Of a stretch of DNA of 64,000 nt, positions 52,734-64,000 are shown piece after piece. Location of the stretch: the NCBI GenBank assembly GCA_903813345.2, contig CAIIXF020000001.1, positions 32,364,001-32,428,000 on the forward strand. The letters are read 5' to 3'. How positions within the stretch are numbered: position 1 is the first letter of the stretch; the number at the start of each line of letters is the position of its first letter. Source of the DNA: Owenia fusiformis (Eukaryota). The notes under the pieces were generated by a model that made no database searches, was not told the origin of the DNA, and saw only the letters and a program-made list of their open reading frames with translations. A program made the position numbers and the translations under genes.

Positions 52734-54378
52734 TTTCAAAATGAATAATTAAATAAAATGTTAATTGAGTTCATTTACCATCTATGCAGAACTCATTACT
52801 GCAGTACTATTTTAATAGAAATTCATTTGTGGAACCGTGACTCAATTGCGTGTCAAAGCTGTTCATTGATTGGTCAGTTTGCCTATGAATAATTAAGATT
52901 TACCTGTAAGTAAGTTTAAATACATTTATTGTGAACGTTAAATCCATCAAAATTTTACGATAACTAATCCGATAATATTTTGACCATATGCATTCAAAAT
53001 GTAATCAACCCATTTTTGGCGCAATTTAATTATAGTAATTGTTTTCTCAAGAAAAATTTCCAGACTTGATTTAACTTATCCATCACCATCAAATATTTTT
53101 ACCCAAATAGGGATAATTATTTTCATAAATTTCTTGATGGGGAAACAAGTAAAAATCAAAGTAGACTGGAGAGTTCTAGTGCATGGTTGTGTATTTCACA
53201 TAGTTTATCTTACATGATTATTTATTGGATTTTGAAAGAGAATGATACTTGGTTGGTTATAAAAGTGTGATCATATGCCCATTGAAGAACATAATTATAT
53301 CAAAATGCTACATCGATTTTGAAATTGACAGACAGTAAGAATGTAAGTAAGATGGTTTTCATAGCATGGAGGCTCTTTAGGGTTAAATGTCATTACCCGA
53401 CAGTTAAAAAACATCCAACTTGAAATCGCGAGTGGATCGATATATTTGTAAAAAGGTTTTTCAAATAAGGTCATCGTTTTTGAAGTATAGAATTATTGTT
53501 CGGATTTCAACTTCATCAATATTGTAACCAAAATTACATAAAGCATGGCGAGTGACTCTATGTACATCGATTTATTAAGAGTATGTCTAATATACACACG
53601 ACTTTGTTTTGAGATACAATTCAAAAATGAGGTAACACTGACCTCTAATTTCCAAGATATAGCCCCTTGGAATAACACTGTGTTCATGAAACAGGAAATG
53701 GTAAAATACTTGAGTGTTTAGCGGGAAATGTACTCATAATCATCAATAATACTAATGCTGTATTATAAATTTATGAAGAAAATATCATGGGGAAATAACA
53801 TGATTTGTTGAAATTGACGTTGATTTGTGCTTTGTGTTCAAATAATAATATGGGTTTTGAGCTATGCAGTAATACAGAATATTTTAGTACCAGTACCATA
53901 AATCACATAAATGATAGACAAATAATGGATCAACCCCCATCTGGCCCATTACGTTTTGAGAGCTTGTGAAATATTTCTAAGTCAAAGAATGATTTTCACA
54001 TACCGACCTGAAAAAAGTTCATATTTCATTCAGTCTCAATTATTGTTGAATGTTGATGTTTTTTCATTTTTAGTTTTCTAATATGTTGGCAAATTAAAAC
54101 ACTTTTTGCATTGATCTTACTAATAATTAAAGACAAATAACTGTTAAAAATGTGTACTTTTCGTGTATCTGAAAATAGACGGAATTCAATTAAACTTTAT
54201 GTATTTTATCATTTAATGGAATATGAAATATAATCGTCAGCATACAATCGTTTCATTTTTTAAACGTCTTTGATGTCCTGCTTCAAAACGCTAAACAATA
54301 ATTTTGCGCTGTAACAAGAGAACACAGAGATGAAACATGTTATATTTCACTCATCATATGTTGTATCTTGTGAAATTA

Positions 54379-57213
54379 TTACAATTTTGATATCTCATTA
54401 TCACTATAGTACACCATTGTGCTGTGAAATATAGGGTTGTCATTCTTTATAATTTCAAAGTGGATTGTTTTTCTCTCAGAATTGTCTTCCCACGTGAAGA
54501 CAGTTAATACATCATTTGCGCGACTTTCACCTTTGAACAAGTTACTCATGGACTTAATCTCATAACGACAAATATCCATCTCAAAGTTCTTAAATGCCTT
54601 GTTTGCAATGGCGGCAGCTGCAGCGTCACAGCAAAATCTCGTGTATGCAGAATGGTTGCTATGCATATTCATATCGAGGTCGCTACTCTGAACTATGATT
54701 TCCAAGTTGAATACATGAATGTCTTTTGGCCTTTCTACTGGTTCTATCTTCTGAGGAGGGTCAAGGTCAAACGTCGCCTTAATCCTGTTAATGATATCTT
54801 TGGGTATTTCAGTTGAACGTCGTGTTGAAGGATCAACCAAAGCAAGTTTCGCAGAACAAGTTACAAGTTTTGCATTTGTAGCATCACTCTCAAATGTAGA
54901 GACAAATTCAAATGAACTTCTTCCAACTGATCCGATCGATCCAATTAACGTAAAAGGAAATGATATAGTTCGCATCTCTTTGTGATAAGCTCGCGTGAAT
55001 GTGTACGTTGTTGAAACAAGAAAAGCAAGGTTATTTTCAAAACATGCTCCTTCTGTTGAACCTGCCGCTACGAGCCTTGATATGAACATCATACGAGATA
55101 CTTCCCCAAGCCTTGCTATACGCCATACATTGACATTACCTAGAAATAGCAGAAGATATAAACATGTATAATTATTGTATTTTAGAAGAAACCCCGCTAA
55201 GAAAAAATTAAAATCGGAAGAGATTACGCAATACAGGGTTGGTCAAGAATTATCAGTTTCATATTTCGACTATCAACACACTAGCAGAACCTTTCACGGA
55301 TGATGGATGATATACCACCGGATACATATCTCAAATTTCAAAGAGAACGGTATTCATGTTATATGAAGGAATCCTAACGTCTACAATTTCTTATTTCAAT
55401 GCACATACAGTAAAACGATAAGACACATTTACATTTCAGCAATTTTCTACGTTAGTGATATCTTTTTTTATATTTGTTATTGTACTTGTACTATTGAAAT
55501 AAGAAATGTACCCTGTTTTGTTTAAACATAACAAACATTTACTTTCTCTGTACTGGGGTAACGGGCCCTCTAAATGTCTAGCCAAGATGTGACCAATTGT
55601 CCATTTAGTTATTTCTGTCAACATCTTTTTTGATTAATTTCCAAATAGGATTTTTGCCACCTTGATTTTATTAATAGAACAGATATAGAGTAAAGGAGTG
55701 GTATCGATATGGAAAACTTTTTGAACACACGTTTCTCTTTAACCAGTCATAAAAAATCTAAAAATTTAACACATCGTCAATTTAATGGTCATCTTTTGAA
55801 TGGTAACGATATAACTTGAAAAATATATATATACTTTCATCTATATTGTTTTAGAAAACACATCAAACACTTGTTTTGTATTTGGTATCATGTTTCCTGA
55901 GTGAAATGAAACATCTTTCCGAACCTCATTGGAACAAAATGACATAAACACAACATGTTTAGGTCTCTCAATATTGTAATTGTACAAAGGAAATTTTGGT
56001 TGATTTTAAAAGAGTATCTTGATAACGAAATAAAAGGTTTATCTTGATTTTTAGCTATTTTGGGGGGATTTTGTTTTAATTTTTTGAATACTTTTTTAAA
56101 ATCAACCAAAAATTCCTTTGTATAACTATAATATTGAGAGGTCTAAAAACATGTTGTATATGCTATTTTGTTCCAACGGAAACAGTTATATAAAATATTT
56201 CTAAATAATTTTCGCATTAAATTATTGTCAATCAGTCAAATAACATAAAATAACGTGTTTTTTACAGAATGTTTCCAATGATTGGTTTAAGAGAAAAACA
56301 TTGTTGAATTCAGTTCTCCATATCGATACCAATCCTTTACTTGCCCAATGTTGTATTGTATTAATTGAAATTGAATGATCTATCGTTTTTATTTATCCAG
56401 TGGATTATCATTCAAGCATAATTCTGTTAGTATTACGAAGATAGCCTTTGCATAAAAGTGTGCTACTTTTTGCGTTAAAATAAACGAAGTGCAGTAAATC
56501 ATTGGATTTTATATTTCTATTGTATGAAATGAGCCCAGTTTCGAATTTATTTCGAATAATGTTGATAACCTGTTACATGGAATATAGCTCAGATTAATTA
56601 GATACGACTGGGATAATACAATTTACAGTAAAGTACCTGCTCTGTCAAAGTCATCGTAAGATAGTACTAGCATCTTTATAACCGTCCTCAGCCCAGACTT
56701 GTCAGTTGTAATAGGGACATTCACTATCCTGGTTAAACAAATGATTTGCGTTGAACTATGGACATGAACTAGACATGGGGAGTAAATTTGGAAGCACAAT
56801 TTTTTGCTGGGTTGCTTAACACAACTGGACGTACACTAGAAAGTTCAATAATATGCTATCTTAGATTAATTTTTCCGACCAATCAGAAAGCTCGAATGCT
56901 TTCTAATACTCAATAATCAAAATCAAGTTAATCATGAAGATTAATGTCTTCAATGAGCTTACAAACAAAATCTGTTCTTTATATATTCCCGGGTCATAAC
57001 GATAATTTGCTGTACTGGACGAAATGAATATAACATAGGAAATAATCATTTACTAAATGTACGTAAAACAATCGATTGGTCTCCTGTATGTTGCATTTGA
57101 AAGCTTTGATACATGCATAAGTTTTAGAAAGCCATTTATACTTAATCCAATGTTGTTATTATTGGTATACATGTGCATATTTACCTGAAAAGGCGAGAAA
57201 TCCATCTCTCCAT
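54379..57213 (-). CDS. Double-hotdog acyl-CoA/acyl-ACP thioesterase-like protein, 293 aa, with C-terminal PTS1; exons 57213-57185, 56728-56637, 55139-54379
   Basis: MERWISRLFR|IVNVPITTDKSGLRTVIKMLVLSYDDFDRAG|NVNVWRIARLGE...VGRSSFEF...LALVDPSTRRS...SDLDMNMHSNHSAYTRFC...ISKL*. DxDxNxHxN hotdog thioesterase motif; 882 nt in frame. Confidence 0.85.
55690..56340. mobile_element. ~650-bp palindromic MITE in thioesterase intron 2
   Basis: GTAAAGGAGTGGTATCGATATGGA ... TCCATATCGATACCAATCCTTTAC, plus inner inverted arms at ~55930-56010 and ~56085-56175. Confidence 0.7.
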
Positions 57214-57278
57214 GATGTACTCTTAGTTGAACCGGAAGTAACCTTTGATCCCGCCTTTGATACTAGTCAAAGTCAAAA
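57214..57278. promoter_or_regulatory. Candidate ultra-compact bidirectional promoter between the two thioesterase start codons
   Basis: ETS motif CCGGAAGT 57232-57239; TCF/LEF-type CCTTTGAT at 57242 and 57254 with CCCGCC between them; TCAAAG at 57267. Function is inferred. Confidence 0.6.
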
Positions 57279-58220
57279 ATGGCTCAAGTCCAGAGAAGAT
57301 TGGCCAATATGACGAGGTAAGCTTATTAGATATATGTAAATTATAAAGCTCCAAGCAGATCAGTTTTCAGTAGATGTATACATTAGACTTGTTTACTTGG
57401 TTATTAGAACTTTTAGCTTATAATCACAACATTGCATGCACATGTTGTCTAACTAGTGCAGTAGGGCCCTACCGACATTAGATTGCTGTAAACAAACCCT
57501 GAGATGTACGATGGAGTGACGTATCCAGGAGTCAAGACTCAAGAGATGGAGGGTTGGGGAGGTCGCAAACATGGGTTGAAAAATCTCAAGGGCTCCACCC
57601 CTTGAACCGCTTTCAATCAGCAGGCTTTAAGTCGACCCTCTGGGGTGCCATCGGCTTCTTTACCAGCTTGTTCAGGCCTCGGGAACCATTCGACTAAGGA
57701 TTTCATCATTGATTTGACTCGCAATCACCATCTTCGGCAACTTGATCTGCTCCTTGCTAATGCTTATGTTTCTTGGGCCGATATAAAGATGGTAGCATCA
57801 GCAGAAGAGAATTGTAAATAAACACAGATCGATTACCATGCCATCTTTATTTAAAAATCATTTCTATCGACCTCACCTCAGCCTATGGCAATGTGTATGA
57901 TGTAGATCCAGCGTAAACCTTGTCATTTTGCATGATATAACTTACTTATATATATACTACATCTGGCGTTTTTTGCCGAATCAGCTTTTATGAAAAGCAT
58001 ATAGGAAGTACAAATATGATTCCAGAGAACAGCAATGTGAAGACAAGTGTACTCTCGGCAATTACATTGTATATTCAGAAATATTTACTGCAGCACTAGT
58101 TTAACATTAATGTATTTTTATTTGTTAGGATTCTCAATATGCCCGTGAAGGTTGATCGTAATGGTACGAGAGCTCAGGTTACAATTCCTGGACTTTCCTA
58201 CGATGATTTTGACAGAACAG
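57279..58220 (+). CDS. Second hotdog thioesterase paralogue, exons 1-2 (57279-57316, 58129-58220); exon 3 not in the window
   Basis: MAQVQRRLANMTR|ILNMPVKVDRNGTRAQVTIPGLSYDDFDRTG|. Exon 2 has the same 92-nt length, the same phases (2 and 1) and the LSYDDFDR motif of the minus-strand gene. Confidence 0.8.
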
Positions 58221-59795
58221 GTATTTAATTTATTTTACAATTCATAGTTATATTCTAATAAATTAATGAATTCATGAAGTGTAACACTTTGATACACAAG
58301 TCATTTGGCATGCCACGTGATTAAAAGGTCCACGATGCCCCATGGAATGAATGGACATATTAATTCCGATGAGGTCATTGCAAAGTCCTAAGACATCCCA
58401 TGCAATGTGAAACTTCATGGAGGTCCCAGCTCGACCCATGAGTGTATGTGGGCTATAAATGTATCTTTTCAATGTTTTCCTCTTGTGTTTTATTTTAGTG
58501 TATTTAACCAATGTATCGCTTCAGCCCATTCATTTTGCACATTCCTTCAATATATTCATTCAGTGTTTTCCTTTGTGGCTAGATGGATCAAGATGGCAAA
58601 CACATAGGAATAAAGGAAAGCACAAAGTTGATAAGTCCATGTGTGCTAAAGGACGACTGGACATCACATGATGCTTCCGAAAGAGGAGTTCATCTTGTAG
58701 ATTCCTGAACGTTCTTGGTACTGTCTTGTTGTCGAAGAGTTAATATGAAATATACCGCAAAAAAGTTAACGACCAATCTTTTTCCTCATAGGTTTACATG
58801 TTAAACCCATGTGTGTTTGAACTCTATTTGCTTAGTCCGAAACGAAAGAAAAACTGATAATGTAAGTGGAAATGTACCTTGATCTTGTTGTCTATATTTC
58901 AGAAGATTTTCAATTTATTCTCTCCGATACAAAAGGTCAAAAATTGATGTCAAATTTGATGAATTTAAAAAAATGGTAGAACTCATGTAAACCGATGGGA
59001 AATGGTTCGGTTGCTAAAAGTCATATGAAAAATTCGAACATGACTGCATTCACGCCTTCTATAAACTGTGAATAAAGTCAACATTTCATCTGGGGTATAT
59101 TCGCGAACAATATCAATAGAATAGAAAGCTTTAGATAAAGAGAGACTCAGATGAATTCAGAATGGAAAGGTGGATAAAAACGACAGAAGTAATAGTCCGA
59201 GTAAATGATAATGCAATTTTAGGCACCAAATCAGGCACCAAATCAGGCACGAACTTTGACCACAGACGATTGCCGAACGTTTAGTGACGTCAGAGTTTAA
59301 CCTCTGTGGATCCAACGTTTCTCGATCGTACCCCAACGTAATACGGGATTCCCTAACGTTTCCCGAACCTTTGACTTCCGTGGATGACTGATTGGTCGCT
59401 TGACTTCCGGACTGAGGTCAGTGTGAATTTTCTCGGACGAGACGCTCTGATTGGTCAAATACGAATGATACAGTTTCATAAAAGTAAAACGATTCTCAAG
59501 CGTTTAGACGATATCCAAACGTCTTTTAGACGTCAGTGTTCTGTGGATGATTGATACTCTCCGATCGTTCGGTTGACTTTCAGAGACAATTGATAAGATA
59601 ATAAAACCAAATGACAAATGATTAATCTGTTACCTATTACCTCTATAAAAAGTGACAGATTATAAAATACAAAATGAATAGAGGTTTGGCACTCATTATA
59701 ATGAATATGGAAATAGATAGAAACGTTGTTAGTACATATGTTCTTTGTTTCCCCATCACAGCAAGGAATCTGTATGTCACAAACCAACATACTAC

Positions 59796-60062
59796 CAACG
59801 TTTCTCGAACGTATTCTCCGACGCCGGATGAAATACAAGATTTCCTACACCCCCACACTTCCGTAACCCCGTCAAACTATGGACTTTACTTTATACATTC
59901 CAAAATTAGGCACCTAGGATTAGGACCTACTGGATGATAATGTTCAACGTTTCTCGAACGTATTCTCCAACGCTGGATGAAATACGAGATTTCCTACACC
60001 CCCACACTTCCGTAACCCCGTCAAACTATGGACTTTACTTTCTACATTTCAAAATTAGGCAA
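59796..60062 (+). repeat. ~120-bp direct duplication (period ~149 bp)
   Basis: CAACGTTTCTCGAACGTATTCTCC...CCCCACACTTCCGTAACCCCGTCAAACTATGGACTTTAC...AAAATTAGGCA at ~59796 and ~59945. Confidence 0.9.
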
Positions 60063-61215
60063 TGGAACAAAGTCGTAAAGCTAGGCATGCGAAATTCTCT
60101 GTCATTTTTAAAGAAATAATAGGATACTTTTGCTTTTATTTTGAATAGGCAAATCGTTTGTAAAGCGTTTCAGAGTATTCGATTCCTCGTGTATTCTCTA
60201 AACTATTGATGTATAAGCTAGCTAAACACAAAAACTATTTGATCATTCTTGACATATATTTTAAGATTAATTACTCAAATGTAACTATTTAGGGCCCAGT
60301 TCTCAGTTCAAAATCAGTAAAATAAGTATATACTCTTACAACAACGGGACAATAATGTGTTATAAAGTTCTGAAGAAATCGGATATTTTACAAAAATAAA
60401 GAATCCTTAACGAAGTGGCGAGATTCATGTAGAAAAGAATCAAGACAATTCTTTCACATATGACTCATTCTGATACTCATAGCATCTTTCTGTTTCACCT
60501 GAAACATGCTCTGATATTATGAGGCATATTCTGTGATCTGAGCACATCAGATGGGAAGAGTTATAACAGTCAATAAGTATGATAGTTATCATGTAATCAT
60601 TTACCTAATGTCAATACATTACATAATAAGCATTGTATTTAACAGCAGATAGTAGCACAGGCACGTGTACACAAGTTTAATGACCCCAATTAAATGAAAT
60701 ATGAGCTGGGATGAAAGATCTCAAAAATCCTCAATTTTGGGCTCTCCTGGATCGCCAAATCAAGCTCATTATATCATGGCATCTCAGGGCTGAGAAGAAA
60801 TGAGATGTCATGGATTATCATGATGCATATGACTAGTCTAAGATGTATTGTTGTTTAGACTCGATAAAATGGAAGATACTTACTTAAATTTTACAAGCAA
60901 TAGTCAGCGTTTCTATGGATTGAAAATCCCTATAGTGAAATGGATATATCTACATTAAATGACACGGGAAATGACAGCAAACATTTAAAATATAGATAGT
61001 TCTACGTATGTACACTACATGCTCGGTTTTTTGTTAGCGAAGTATGGGAAATACCATCACAACAGGAAATCCGGAGGTCAAAGCAACCCACATTAACATA
61101 ATACGACAGCCTACGTCACTCAATGTCTATCCTGGCTGTTTTGCCCATCTAGACAATGCGTTCACATATGAATTTAAAGACGAACTATTGTCTCATTAAA
61201 TGGATAAAAAAATCT

Positions 61216-61403
61216 CAAGGAGGATTGGCTCCCAGAATGCAACACCGATATTCTGCAAAACAATCACCTAGCGATAGCTTTGTTGGAGAGTATCGGGTCA
61301 TTCTCCATGCAGTCGTACAAATTATACAGACACGAATAGCAAATGACGCATGCGTGGAGATTAAAGAATATCGAGTTGGAACCCTGGCTTCCAATCCTCC
61401 TTG
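61216..61403. mobile_element. 188-bp MITE with 9-bp TSD, copy 2 (inverted relative to copy 1)
   Basis: Apparently identical to the reverse complement of 49112-49299; flanked by AAAAAATCT on both sides. Confidence 0.92.
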
Positions 61404-61584
61404 AAAAAATCTGAAATTCTACACGTTCTGGCACGTCACTTGCACCACCTTCCAGCCAGACGATTCTCGAACGTCGAGAGTGATGTCATAGTTAACTTCC
61501 GCAATGATATAAATAGATGTCAGTGTGATTAAGTACAGAAAGTTCAAAATTCGATTCCTCAATATAATATTATATATAAGGCTG

Positions 61585-62724
61585 CAGGCCCGTAAGACAC
61601 TTTTCTCCAAGGGGGGTGCGGTTTTTAGCTTACTAAAGAGAATATAAAATTGTCATTTTTTGCCGCGTAAATCAAATCGCGTAAGACAGAGGGGGGGGGG
61701 GGGGGGGTCAGTTACTCCCTATATTGGTTTGGAATTAACAAATGCATGCAACTTCCAAACGTTCCAATTGTTTTGTGGGGGGGGGGGGGGGTGAGGAGTG
61801 GTCCACTCCCCCTAGAAAATTTTACAGTTTTGAGATGCTATTTGGTGCTTTCTGGGCACTTTCAAAGTGTAAGTTTCTAAGTAGTACGCCACCACCACGG
61901 GATTAAGAGCATTCAGGGGGGTCTGGGGTTTTTCCTCCCCAGGAAAATTTTGAAATTTGGTTGTATTTGGAGCGAATTTGCAACCATCTGGTACGCCTGT
62001 GCGTTATGAGTCAATAAGAAAAATGTGAATTGTTTTCAAATTCTTTTGGGGGTGTCAAAGAGGATGAGAGGGTGGAGTGGGGTGGGGTGCCAGTGCAAGG
62101 GGTCGTCCCCCAGAAACATTGACCATATCAAGGTGCTATTTGATGATGTCTGGGCAATTTAAAAGTGTCTGAGACAATACATAAAACAAATTCAGAACTT
62201 TACCATTGTTTTGTTTGGGGTGTGAGGGGTGGCCCACTCCCCCTAGAAAATTTTACAATTTTACAACGCTATTTGGTGCTTTCTGGGCACTTTTAAAGTG
62301 TACGAGTCAATTAAAGAATTTGAGAAAATCACATTTTTCTTGGGGGGGGGGGGGGGCGCCAGAGGGGGGGGGGGGGGCTATGCAAGTGCAAGATGCAAGA
62401 GGGGGAGTAAGTCCCCCAGAAACACAAACTATATCAAGGAGCTATTTGATGATATCTGGGCAGTGTCTGAGACAAAACTCTAAAATAAATTTAGAACTTT
62501 TCCATTGTTTTGGGGGGTGTGAGGGGTGGCCAATACCCCTAGAAAGTTTTACAATTTTAAGATGCTATTTGGTGCTTTCTGGGTACTTTCAAAGTGTATG
62601 AGTCAATGAAAAAAAAATTACAAAAAAAAATTACAAAAAAATTTTTTTTTTTTCAAATTTATTTTGGGGGGGTGACAAAGGGGGTGCGGTCGCACCCATC
62701 GCACCCCCCCATCTGACGGCCCTG
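61585..62724. mobile_element. 1.14-kb non-autonomous element with short CAGG(C/G)CCGT TIRs, poly-G tracts, internal repeats and 5-bp TSD
   Basis: GGCTG|CAGGCCCGT ... CGCACCCCCCCATCTGACGGCCCTG|GGCTG; three internal copies of CCCCTAGAAA...GCTATTTGGTGCTTTCTGGG. Confidence 0.85.
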
Positions 62725-62785
62725 GGCTGATAGTAGTTTCAACGCATTTCTTCCCCGTTCACATTACTATAGACATCACAGGACC

Positions 62786-63160
62786 ATGAAGCTGGTACCC
62801 TATGTAGACATCGCGGAAAAGTGGCACAGGTTAATCAAAGCAGCCAGAGAGAATAGACTGTCGACGCAAGTAGGCTTCGGAAAAAATCGTGCGAGCTACG
62901 TACCTGTCAGCGCCATCAAAGAACCCGTTCGGGTGGTATCTCCGATGCAAGCAGTTGTTGACAGAGCTAAAGCCCAAATAGAGCATCAAAAGAAGAAGGT
63001 GGAAGAAAATGATCCCTATCATACTAAGGTGTACAACCTTAAGAAACCGCGTAAAGATGCTGTTGCCAAAGCAGTGTTTAAGAAGAAAAACATTAGAAAA
63101 ACCAGATTGGACTTGTATAGACCACCAGGTATCCCTGCGAGGGGGAGGAAAATGAAATAG
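62786..63160 (+). CDS. Intronless 124-aa basic protein, putative Polinton accessory or core-like ORF
   Basis: Good Kozak context ACCATGA; PYV...EKW N-terminus, VVSPMQAVVDRAKAQI motif and Lys/Arg-rich tail; AATAAA ~40 nt after the stop. Family assignment is from recall only. Confidence 0.65.
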   Translation: MKLVPYVDIAEKWHRLIKAARENRLSTQVGFGKNRASYVPVSAIKEPVRVVSPMQAVVDRAKAQIEHQKKKVEENDPYHTKVYNLKKPRKDAVAKAVFKKKNIRKTRLDLYRPPGIPARGRKMK

Positions 63161-63460
63161 GACTGATATAATTGTCATTTTTTCTATTTTGAATTAGGCA
63201 ATAAAACAGTGATAAATGTACATTTTTCTAGTTTTGTTATTATAAGAAGCATTCATTATATCATAATAAATAACTTTCTTACATAAAAGGGAGAATTGGC
63301 TTGTAAAATAGCATTGTGGAAGGGAGTGTATATCCAATACATCAGAGGTAGCTCTCTATAATTCTAAAAGAGGGTAGATTAATTTAAGCAAAAACATTTA
63401 TTTATTTATTTACTAATACTCGTACAATGTGTTTCTTTTAGATCCAGTTTGCTGGGTATA

Positions 63461-64000
63461 TCATCGATTGTCCTCATTTCTCTCGCTATCAGATACATCT
63501 TCGCTTGTAGAATGTTTTTCATTATCTGATTGTTGTTGTTGTTCATCACTGGACTCTTCACTTGTAGATTCATCATCAGCGAACAATTCTCCAGCCAAAT
63601 ATGAATATTTGTTCAGTGTTTTCTTGACTGCTCTTGATTGAGTCATGCCTTTCGCCAATAGTGCCTCCACTTCATCCATAATATCACGATGAACTTCACT
63701 GTACCTTAACCCCAGTATATATGACAGAAGCTCTCCATAGTGTTTCAAGAATAGCTGTCTGGCACCAAACACAGATTTCTGTCTGACTCTTTCAACCGCT
63801 TTTTTGGATGACATTCCTCTTTCTTTATACTTCTCGACCAGTTCATCCCAATCATCTTGTAGCTCATCTATGACTTTATCTTTAATTGATTCAAAGTTAC
63901 ATTATCCTTCAATTCTTCAGTATGGAAATCACATCTCATGACATCGTTTTCATCACTTTCCCTCAATTCGGGACAATGCCTTCTGTGTTCCCTCATGTCG
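63461..64000 (-). pseudogene. Frameshifted intronless helical protein with acidic tail, putative Polinton accessory ORF
   Basis: Frame A DMREHRRHCPELRESDENDVMRCDFHTEELKDNVT joins frame B FESIKDKVIDELQDDWDELVEKYKERGMSSKKAVERV...HRDIMDEV...ELFADDESTSEE if one T is restored near 63893. Minus-strand AATAAA at ~63400. Confidence 0.6.

Larger units (their letters stand above)
59188..64000. mobile_element. Probable terminal arm of a Maverick/Polinton-type element, continuing past the window
   Basis: Abrupt shift at AGTAATAGT (59188) to CpG-richer DNA dense in TGACGTCA, GACTTCCG and CTGATTGGTC motifs with short repeats; downstream, two intronless convergent ORFs resembling, from recall, small accessory ORFs of invertebrate Polintons. 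No polB, integrase or capsid gene is in the window, and the left boundary is a guess. Confidence 0.55.

Noticed and set aside
51771..53682. CACAGTG ... CACTGTG pair flanking homeobox exon 1 as RSS heptamers or Transib ends
   Set aside because: No inverted similarity beyond 7 nt, no nonamers and no matching 5-bp TSD; expected by chance.
49048..61404. Duplicated [22 protein letters not shown]... at 49048-49290 and 61156-61404 as a small gene family
   Set aside because: Both are translations of the 188-bp MITE; similarity stops at the TIRs.
62206..62601. Gly-rich ORFs 62206-62601 and 62298-62483
   Set aside because: They arise from poly-G tracts and internal repeats of the 61585-62724 element.

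Overview
AT-rich, intron-rich animal genomic DNA. An invertebrate, plausibly spiralian, origin is inferred from gene content. Left to right: (1) the last two exons of an SLC22-family organic cation transporter (+). (2) Tail-to-tail with it, a ~41 kb macrophage-mannose-receptor-like gene (-), assembled by hand into 41 phase-consistent exons plus one tentative first exon (6279 nt, 2092 aa): 12 C-type lectin domains, a FAMeT-like (Methyltransf_FA) domain between CTLD5 and CTLD6, a Thr/Pro stalk, a TM helix and an NPxY tail. Its introns hold many MITEs, Tc1/mariner relics, a 4.1 kb foldback element and an 8.6 kb 55-bp satellite whose last unit supplies the working 3' splice site. (3) A 4-exon Q50 paired-class homeobox gene (-). 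(4) Two paralogous hotdog-fold thioesterase genes head-to-head, with start codons only 65 bp apart. (5) From ~59.2 kb to the window edge, what looks like one decaying arm of a Maverick/Polinton-type element inside intron 2 of the second thioesterase. All coordinates were read by eye and no database searches were run.
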